A program made the translations under genes and the position numbers. The notes beneath the pieces were generated by a model that was not told the origin of the DNA, did no database searches, and worked only from the letters and a program-made list of their open reading frames with translations. From Octopus vulgaris (lineage: Eukaryota): a stretch of DNA of 64,000 nt. The stretch spans positions 108,438,001 to 108,502,000 of the forward strand of contig OX597816.1 in the NCBI GenBank assembly GCA_951406725.2. Reading direction: 5' to 3'. Positions 53,661 to 64,000 of this stretch are shown here, piece by piece (positions within the stretch are counted from its first letter, which is position 1; each line of letters begins with the position of its first letter).

Positions 53661-53945
53661 CATGAGAAACAACATACTCTTCGTTTTTTGTATACTGAAT
53701 TTTCATCGTTCCATCGTCGTTATCTCCATGGCCGTTCCGTGAAGCTTATCATATTCAGAACCACATTATGCAGCTTATCCATGTATTTTTACGACATTCA
53801 GGGAAAAAACCTTGCGTGTCCCTATTAGAACTTCTAACGTGATATAGTTCATTTGCTTCAGTCGTTAGACTGCGGCTATGTTAGGGCACTGCCTTGAAGG
53901 GCTTAGTTGAACAAATCGACCCCAGTAGTTATTCATTTTACGCCA

Positions 53946-54434
53946 GGCTCTCATGGCTTCCGATCTTAGCTGATTGGAAGTGTTATCATGTATGTATTTT
54001 GTCTTGGTATAAAAGATGGGCTACCGCAAATATTCTACTCAATATCACATATTTACTTGTCAGTTGCTTGACTTTAACCAGTTGAGCATGTTTCTTGGTG
54101 GCTGATGGTATGTGCATGGACGATCATCGTAGCTATGTGCCGAGAGGAATTCTTTGAGGCTTGAATAATCCACCTCTGGAAACATGGGTATCTCGTTCAA
54201 CATCCTTAAACAACCCTTATTTAGCGGGATGGGCGACTCGACCTGAAGGAAATTCTAACTGGGTCCACCTGCTAGGTTATGCATTGTTTATCTTGGTTTA
54301 TCTATGGTTTATCTATGGTTGTGATACATGTGAATGGGGTACCGTTATCAGACGGGTACTCATGATGGGTATATTGAGCTTTATATATTTGGACCTGAGC
54401 ATTACTTTGATGGCATGCGCTGCTCTCTCACTCA
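53946..54434 (+). repeat. Second copy of the unclassified ~510 bp repeat
   Basis: Colinear with 14846-15324. Confidence 0.8.
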
Positions 54435-54477
54435 GTAATAATAGCCACTATCTTTTATAGCCACTATCAAAGCTATG

Positions 54478-54638
54478 CACTAGCGTGGCTAGAGTGTGTG
54501 CCGCCCGGGGCGGCCCTTCTGTTTGCCGACCCCGGACCCCACAAAAAAACATATATTGACTACAGCAACCCCAAAAGTGCTGGCCCTTTAAAAATGCTGC
54601 CCGGGTCGGACCCCCCCCCCCTGCTAGCTACGCTAGTA
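54478..54638. mobile_element. hAT-type MITE
   Basis: TIRs CACTAGCGTGGCTAG / CTAGCTACGCTAGTA. 8-bp TSD AAGCTATG at 54470-54477 and 54639-54646. Confidence 0.8.
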
Positions 54639-54775
54639 AAGCTATGTTCAGACTTAATTAAAAGTAATTGCTATTCATTAATTTGGGACACTGTAGAAAA
54701 GTTGTAAAAGTAAAAAGAAAAATAAGAAAATAGGCTTTTCATAGTAAAAATCAATTCTACCTCCTATACACTCCT

Positions 54776-54922
54776 AGGCGCAAGAGTGGCTGTGTGGTAA
54801 GTAGCTTGTTTACCAACCACATGGTTCCGGGTTCAGTCCCACTGAACTATAGCCTCGGGTCAACCAAAGCCTTGTGAGTGGATTTGGTAGACGGAAACTG
54901 AAAGAAGCCCGTTGTATATATG

Positions 54923-54995
<73 letters not shown>

Positions 54996-55208
54996 GTGTT
55001 TGTGTGTCTGTGTTTGTCCCCCTAGCATTGCTTGACAACCGATGCTGGTGTGTATATGTCCCCGTCACTTAGCGGTTCGGCAAAAGAGACCGATAGAATA
55101 AGTACTGGGCTTACAAAGAATAAGTCCCGGGGTCGAGTTGCTCGATTTAAGGCGGTGCTCCGCATGGCCGCAGTCAAATGACTGAAACAAGTAAAAGAGT
55201 AAAAGAGT
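54776..55208 (+). mobile_element. SINE family A, full length with a small internal deletion
   Basis: AGGCGCAAGAGTGGCTGTGTGGTAAG head through to the (GTAAAAGA)n tail. Confidence 0.92.
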
Positions 55209-55589
55209 ATACTAAGAATTATATAGATGCCCGAATTTCTTCATGATAACTACACAGAAACTACTGTGCACCCGACTCGCCAACCACCCATTTGCTGCCT
55301 ATTTCTTCCAGCACACCACCAAATCTAATTTACATCTTCGTAGAAAAGGACCGACGAATAGAAAGTTTAAATCATAACGAGCCAGAAAACAATGAATTTA
55401 AATGTCTACCTACCTTCTGTGTCACACTCCAAACTATGGAACGAAATCAAAGGCATAAAATTAACATTATTTGTAAGACAATTGACTTATAAACTATGGA
55501 ACGAAATCAAAGACAAAATCTAACAGAGCTTCAACATTTATATTTCTTTTATGCGTTCCAGTAACGAGGGCATATTCTTTTATTTATTT

Positions 55590-56020
55590 AGTCTTTTACC
55601 TGTTATTGGATCGTGGCCAAGCTGGGACACCGCTTACAAAGATTTAGTCGAGCATCTCAACCCCGTAAGTTGTACTTATTTTATCAATGTGGATTTGTTG
55701 AACCGCTATGTTGCCGTACATCAACAGCATCACTGGTTTTAAGCTGCATAAATATAAACACACTCACACATCTGCATACCCTCATACACGCGCCCACCTG
55801 AACATTGCACACTCATACACATACCCACACACTCATACACACTCACGCACGTGCGCGAGCGCGCAAATACGGCTTCTGTATAGTTTCCGTCTTCCGAATT
55901 TCACTCGAGGCATTAATCAGCACCAGACTATAGTAAAAGACAATTGCCCAAAGTGCTACGCAATGAGATCGAACCCAGAACCAATTGATTACGAAACGAT
56001 CTTTTTAACTTACAGTCATG
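55590..56020 (-). mobile_element. Old degenerate SINE family A relative
   Basis: Residual blocks GACTATAGTAAAAGACAATTGCCCAAAGTGCTACGC and TTAGTCGAGCA. Confidence 0.6.
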
Positions 56021-56469
56021 TCTGTGTCTATCTTATTGATGCATTGTTTTTTTGGCTTGTGTGTGTGTGCCTGCCTGTGTGTGTATGTATGTGTGTGTGC
56101 GTGTGTGTATGTATGTGTGTGTGTGCGCGCGTGTGTGTATGTATGTGTGTGTTTTCGTTTTTTTTTTGTTTTTTTTTTAGAATTCGCTTCTCAGTGAAGC
56201 AACTATTTTGTTGCGCTTACTAGGATTGTGAATTCAATTTTACTCATATGAAGTATTCTCTAATATGAAAATAAGGTTGTAATACAGCGCTCTGAAATTT
56301 GATAAATCTGTACCAACATGGTCACACTGAAGCAGAATTACAGATGGAATAGTTCTTCGATTACTTTCTACAATTAAGAATTTTTTTTTTTTCACATCTT
56401 GACATAAAGTAAAAGAAATAATAGATAACAGCTATCAAGTTTGAAGAACTGATAAGTGTATAAAAGGAG

Positions 56470-56710
56470 TACAGTAATTCCCCGCCATATCACGGTTCAC
56501 CTATCGCAGTTCATCTACCACGGTTTATTATTTAAGCTTACGTTGATTTTTCTGTGGTGTTGTTTTGCATTTATAATAAAATAAATATATATAAATTATA
56601 AAAGTTTATTTTTAAATATACAGTATAGTACTGTTTCTACTTCGCGGATTTTCACCTATCGCGGTGGGGTTTTGCAACGTAATACCCGCGATAGTCGAGA
56701 GATCACTGTA
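56470..56710. mobile_element. pogo/Tigger-like MITE
   Basis: TA-CAGTAATTCCCCGCCATATCACGG / CCGCGATAGTCGAGAGATCACTG-TA imperfect TIRs. Confidence 0.7.
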
Positions 56711-56879
56711 TAGGCTTGTCATCTTTCCGAGATGGTTTACCGAAACATTTGATGTTCAATACTATCCATGTGAAACTTTTACACTATCTAATGAATAAAA
56801 TGTTTCGAAAATACATATACAACTTCAAAAGAAATTATATATGCGAAGTACACTTCAGAAGTTTTGAAACTTTTACAAA

Positions 56880-57390
56880 GTAGAACTTCACTACACTTTC
56901 GGTAGTCTTCCAGCTATTTCATGGGGGGCCCCATAGAAGTCCTTCAAAGTGAAGGTATCCAGGAACCTTGTCACAGCCTCCTTCATCTTCTTAATGTCTT
57001 CAAAACGATGCCTCTAAGGTTCTCCTTCGGCTTGGGGAGAAATCAAAAGTCTTAACAAGCAAGTTCTGGACTGTAGGAAGGGTGAGGAACAGTTCTGATG
57101 CCCATCTCTGTCAAGTAGTTGGTTATCGTGATGGAAATAGGGACTGATGCGTTGTCCTGGTACAGGTGCCACCGATCCGAGTAGGAGACCTCTGGAGGTT
57201 CTTGTTCAGCTTGGGGAACAATCAAAAGTCACGGGAAGAAAAGTCTGGACTATAGGGAGGGTGAGGGAGAGTTTTGATGCTCATCGCTACCAAGTAGTTG
57301 GTCACCATGATGAAATTGTAAATTGATGCATTGTCGTGGTGCAGGTACTACCAACCCCAGTGGAAGAGCTCTGGTCTTTTGCTACGAAAT
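56880..57390 (-). mobile_element. Mariner transposase remnants, two tandem catalytic-region segments
   Basis: WHLYQDNAS..YLTEMGIRTVPHPSYSPEL and YLHHDNAS..LPHPPYSPDF. Confidence 0.8.
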
Positions 57391-58151
57391 CTCAAGAAAT
57401 CACAGATGGCATTCTTCTGCACGTGAAGGCTAATTTATTTCTCACTGCTCCCTGAAGAGAAGTGTAGAAGCTAAGGAGTGAAAGGTTTCTCATCCTGAGG
57501 TACCTCCTGAAGATACATAAGAGTTTCCAAAATAGTGATAGCTTTAGTCAGCAAGAGAAGAACTTTAATATCTTTACGTAGCTTTTGCAGTTAGTTCGTA
57601 GCTCATGCAGTTTCTGCGTGAAGCAAAGCGTCTTTGATGCCTGTTTCGCCTAAACTTCCACAAACTAATCGCGGAATTTCCATTTATACTACTGGTACTC
57701 ATTTAACACCCGCAAATTCATAAGTTTTATCCGATCATTTAACTGAGATTACTAAATCAAACAAACAAGCCTCCACCAAATTTCACATCATAAAAACAAT
57801 CAGACAGATATTACAAGAAATTTGGAAATTTTAGTGCAATTTTTATGACCTTAATCGATTTCAAGAGAACGATAGAAAGGCTTAATCTAAAAATCGCTAA
57901 ATGAATTGTAAAATGAATAAATTTACAATTGGAATTTATCTTCATTTTTTTCATTTTATTTTATTTTATTTTATCTTTTATTTTTGTATTATTTCACCGT
58001 ATTTTAATTTATATTTTATTTTACTATTTTGTCATTTTTTTTACAATTGATTTAACGTTCAGATCGTTTGAAAAAATCCATTTCATTATACGTGTACGTA
58101 CATATTGTGTGTTTGCGTGTATGTGTGCATGAGTCTAAGAGCGTGGGTGTA

Positions 58152-58207
<56 letters not shown>

Positions 58208-58302
58208 AATATGTGTGTGTGTACATGTAAGTACATATATAATTTATGTTCGTATTCATACATGCGTACATACATTCATACATATGTGTGTATGTGTATG
58301 TA

Positions 58303-58358
<56 letters not shown>

Positions 58359-58454
58359 TATATGCATATATATATATAAATATCTATCTTTGTATATACA
58401 TATAAATAAATATATATATTTACATACATAAATATATAAATGCATAATCTGTGT

Positions 58455-58514
<60 letters not shown>

Positions 58515-59641
58515 GTACGTGTGGAGAAAGAGTGAAGGAATAGTCGGATGCTTAAGAAGTTTATTTTGCCATCCTGAGAACTCAAGTTCGATTTCTTAGT
58601 TTGGGGTCGACATAAAATTTGGTAGATTTTACTCCAGATAAAATGTATCTGTAATTCAAAAACCCACCTTGCCCCACTCTCTGCCACGTCCTTAGAATAC
58701 CCAATCATTCACATCAATATTCAGTGAAGAAGCAGTTGGGTGATCGAGCATTTTGAATAGTCATCGTCGAAAGCGACAATGATCCATTTACTTAACTTTT
58801 AAATAGATGTGTGTATGTGAGTATGTCCCTAAAAATATTCATGTTGAAATACCCGTAAATGCACGAGCACACACACACACAGAGATGTGTGTATATAAAC
58901 ATAAACATATACACACACACACACATATATATACACACAAACATAAATATATATATAGATAGATAAAGATTATAAAGATACACACGCACACACACATATA
59001 TATATATACATGCATATATAATACGCCACCACATGCATACACTGAAATCACTAAACAAACACACACACGCACACAGACATAGACACACACACACATATAC
59101 ACACACTCAAACACACGCAGACACAAATACATACACACACAAATACACACACACACACACATACACACACACACGCACACAGGCGTACACTCGCTCACTA
59201 AACAAAAACATATCTATATGTGATTCACCACAAGAATATATTCAATGCATACGTCTTATATCTTATAGCTTTGTGCATCCCACGAATATCTATGTATATA
59301 AATAATTATTCTTTCGCATTTTCCCCCCATTTATGCTATTAAATAAAGAAATATTAATACTACTAACCAAAAAAAATTCTATGACATCAATATCCACAGT
59401 ACGATTATTTCAGATTAGACTAGGTTTCAAACATACTTTCTTCCAGCATAATAATGCTTTACATTCGATTAAAAACGCATTCTATTCATTATCTATTTCA
59501 GTATTTGTGTAATGTATGTCATAAAAGTTAAGAATGAGTGTGCATATATGCATATATAAGTGCACCTATATGAGCATGTGCATGCATGTCTATGAGCACC
59601 TAAACGCATACATTCGTACACAGATATATGTGTACGTGTAT

Positions 59642-60261
<620 letters not shown>

Positions 60262-60262
60262 T

Positions 60263-60346
<84 letters not shown>

Positions 60347-60588
60347 TAGATATATAAATATATATATATATGCATGCATGTGGTATGTGTGCGCGCGCGT
60401 GCATTTAATGTATATGGCACAAAGAGTTGCACGAACAAGGAGAAGAAAATGAGTACTCAATACCTTTTCTAGAGTTTATTCTATTTATTTTGTAGCCGTT
60501 AATCTGAGTTGCAGCATGTTCTGTTTGTCAGGAAAACACGAGGCTCGGAGTAAGTGTCAGTGAAAAAGCTTACTTTGTAATAAACAGG

Positions 60589-60662
<74 letters not shown>

Positions 60663-60725
60663 TATATGTGTGTGTGTGTGTGTGTGTGTATATCGAAGTG
60701 TACAGCATTATATATCCATACTAAT

Positions 60726-60809
60726 GATCTTACCAATCGGTTTCGCACTATGGTTTCAATGGGATGTTAGATAACAGCCTGATTATATAATCCTTCGCTC
60801 TTCAGAGTC
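60726..60809 (-). ncRNA. Type I hammerhead motif, canonical core
   Basis: GACT-CTGAAGA-GC..[internal hairpins]..GC-GAAAC-CGATTG-GTA-AGATC. Near-palindromic stem III ACCGATTGGT, weak bulged stem I. Confidence 0.62.
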
Positions 60810-61287
60810 GGCAGTTATAGAAGAAAATATGGCAACTGTGTGTTCTTTTGTGTGTGTTTGGTTAAATATTTTGGGGTGTTAGTGTATGTATGGAGTGTAT
60901 GTAAGAGTACTATATGTGTGTGGAAGTTTATATAGGGGGTGGAAGAAGGGTATTGAGAGGATGTACGCTAATGTTAAGGTGCTTATGTATCTGTGAGTAC
61001 GTTTCAGTATGTTTTGGTTAAACTCTTTGCTGGGTTCCTAGGTATTGGTGGTTCCTGGGTATTGGTGGTTCCTAGGTATTCGTTGTGGCATTCGATCTCT
61101 CTGCGACGTTGAGGGAGAACTTGTGGTTGTTGTATCTGGGTCAACCTAGTTTCAAATCCATTCATTCGAAACTTATTTGATAAGAGCCAATGCACAAAAC
61201 TTTCCGCTCTTGAGTCAATCTGTAACTTCCGTGGATTATTAATAAAAAGAAATATCTATGTGTGTGAGTGTGTGTGTGCGTGTGTGT

Positions 61288-61442
61288 GTGTGGCAGTGTG
61301 GCAATGTGGTAAGAGGTTTGTTTCCCAACCACATGGTTCTGGGTTCAATTCCATTGTATGGCACCTTGAGCAGGTGTCTTCTACTATAGCCTCGGATCGA
61401 CCAAAGTCTTCCGAATGTATTTGGTAGACGGAAGCTAAAAGA
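61288..61442 (+). mobile_element. SINE family A, 5' part
   Basis: GTGGCAATGTGGTAAG..GGGTTCAATTCC..GGCACCTTGAGCAGGTGTCTT. Confidence 0.8.
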
Positions 61443-61779
61443 TAACACACACACACAAGCACACACACACATGCACACACACACATGCACACACACACAC
61501 ACATGCACACTCATATATAAGCAGGCTTTGTTTGTATGTGTGTATTTGTGGGTTTAGGAAGTAGAGGTATCTAACACTCTTAAACCTCAGTTGGGAAGGA
61601 AGGCAGGCTAGAAGTTTTTAAAGCTCACTTCATCCCGTTCCACTGAAAAGTAAGGGAACCACAACCCTCTGCATAACCCGTTATTTCCATCACTCATACA
61701 CACATACACACGCATACAAATGTTTGTGCATTCAAATACGTTTGTATGTATGTAAATGTGTATCCATGTTTGTGTGTAT

Positions 61780-61811
<32 letters not shown>

Positions 61812-61812
<1 letters not shown>

Positions 61813-61990
61813 GGGAGAATTCACAAAAGATAACAAAGACGAAGACAGGTGGTGTAGACAACAAACAGATGTATTAGTATAACGCTCGGGAAGTGAAAAT
61901 GTTTTTAACGTTTCGAGCCTACGCTCTTCCACAAAAAGGAACACAAAGAAACAAGGAGAGAAAATAAAGAATGTGTAGTGGCTAGCGATC
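61812..61990 (-). mobile_element. Family C pLTR-like fragment with degenerate hammerhead (61903-61938)
   Basis: CTTT-TTGTGGA-A-GAGC-GTAG-GCTC-GAAA-CG-TT-AAAA. Related to ~36380-36475 and ends at (TA)n. Confidence 0.65.
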
Positions 61991-61997
61991 TATATAT

Positions 61998-62360
61998 TCT
62001 TTTATTTGTTTCAGTCATTTGACTGCAGCCATGCTGGGGTACCGCCTTCAGTCGAGAAAATCGACCCCAGGACTTACTCTTTGTAACCCTAGTACTTATC
62101 GGTCACTTATGCCGAACCGCTAAGTTACGGGGACGTAAACACACCAGCATTGGTTGTCAAGCGATATTGGGGACGACAAACACAGATTGCGGTATTTCGT
62201 CTGTCGCTGTGTTCTGTGTTCAAATTTCGCCGAGGTCGATTTTGCTTTTCATCCTTTCGGAGTCGATAAATTAAGTACCAGTGAAACACTGGGGGTCGAT
62301 GTAATCAACTAGTTCCCCACACTCCAAATTCCAGACCTTGTACCTTTAGTAGAAGGGATT
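61998..62360. mobile_element. SINE A 3' part (-) joined to a 5'-truncated SINE B (+)
   Basis: Family A tail at ~61998-62185 and family B body at ~62189-62360. Confidence 0.8.
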
Positions 62361-62487
62361 CTTTATATATATATATGTGCGTGTGCGTTATTTATATATG
62401 CATATTACATATATATAAATATATATATATATATACACATTATAATTTTATCATAGTATATTTCTTTGTTTATAATTTTATACATAT

Positions 62488-62548
<61 letters not shown>

Positions 62549-63040
62549 CTTTGCATAATTATAATGCATTTACAAAGACATATCACTCACGCTCATACAC
62601 GTGCATCAATGAATGTATATGTATGCCTATGTTTGTATGCACAAGCTTTCATTCAATATATTTTATTTTCTAATTAATAAGCTGTTATCTTATTTTTTAT
62701 TTACCTATATTTACTCAAAGGATTTACATGTTTTTTTTTTACATTTCTTGTTATTTTTTTCCGTTTATAAAGAAGTTCTCTACTTTTTTATATACTTTCC
62801 AGATTAACTACATCATGTTTTTTTTTTTGTATTTTGTAATTTATTTTTATCCAAACATTTTAATTTTTATTTCTTACTTTTGTTTATATGTCTCCAGTCG
62901 TACAGTTACCATTTGACAGAGAGAAAACAGTCACACATGAATACAAATATGCATATAAAAACATGCGTGCATATAACATATGTATGCATGTATGTGTGTG
63001 TACACTTATTTGTATATATAACATAACTATATATGTATGC

Positions 63041-63147
<107 letters not shown>

Positions 63148-64000
63148 TTCGTATAAACACAAAAATAAATACTCATATACGAGTATATATACATGTATGA
63201 AGAAATGTGCGTGCACACACACACACTCACAAACGCATATATTCATCCAAAACATATATATATGTATGTGTGTTGTGTCTGTTTCTTTACACACACGCAC
63301 ACACACACACATAAACATACATATACATACATGCACAGACGCATACACACACACATATATATATACATTGATATGTATATAAACGTGCACATGCATATAC
63401 ATTGATATGTATATAAACGTGCACACACATACACATATAAACGTGTCTCTGTGCGTGTGTGTGTGTGTGTGTGTATGTATTTGTATGTATGTGTCCATGT
63501 ATATCTGTATATACGCATGATTGTTTGCATATTGGAGAAAGAAAAAACAAATTCAGAAAGCAACAAACAGAGACAGAACAGACAGTGTCTATTCAAATGA
63601 TGGGAACTGTGCGCATATATACACGTCGGGAGTGAACGGTTATGCAAGACACATATTTGTGCAGCTATGTCTACACACAACATATGCAGGTCTGCTCATA
63701 TATGAATACACAAAACAATGGTAAATATTATTTTTAAGTCCTGTTTTAATCCCATTTACCACTGAGTGAAGCTTCTCCTGGCTTTTAGTTTTTATTTGCT
63801 TCTTTTTTTTTTTTTTTACTTCTCCATTGCGAATCTAAATAATCTCTAAATTTTCTTTCCATCGCCATACAAATCTTCGATACGATGCAATATATAGCAA
63901 TTACATTTATTTTCTTGGTGCGTGAGTAAATGTATATATATATATATGTATATATATATTTACATATATATATATATGTATGTATGTATGTATGTATATA

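Overview
AT-rich, microsatellite-saturated eukaryotic DNA. The SINE types and repeat landscape resemble an octopus or other coleoid cephalopod genome (recognition only, no search run). No host gene, rRNA, true tRNA or CRISPR array is supported, and nearly all listed ORFs are translations of (TA)n/(CA)n/(CATA)n/(GATA)n/(TAA)n. The window is mostly decayed mobile elements: a 3.6 kb L1/Tx1-clade LINE, many R4/Dong-like RLE-LINE fragments, Penelope-like (GIY-YIG) remnants, three tRNA-type SINE families, mariner/Tc1/hAT/pogo fragments and MITEs, and Helitron-type non-autonomous elements. Two less obvious layers stand out. (1) About 12 type-I hammerhead-ribozyme motifs from about 8 unrelated sequence families, all folded by eye. 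They include a 356-nt retrozyme-like repeat (51.0-51.6 kb), an intact hammerhead downstream of a GIY-YIG ORF (36.8 kb), and a core-variant hammerhead (U3-A8 covariation plus C4) on a long hairpin (33.3 kb). (2) Retroelement families appear to partition the microsatellites as insertion sites: Tx1 in (GATA)n, one RLE-LINE group in (TAA)n, another in (CATA)n, and hammerhead/Penelope elements in (TA)n. Ribozyme activity and novelty are untested.
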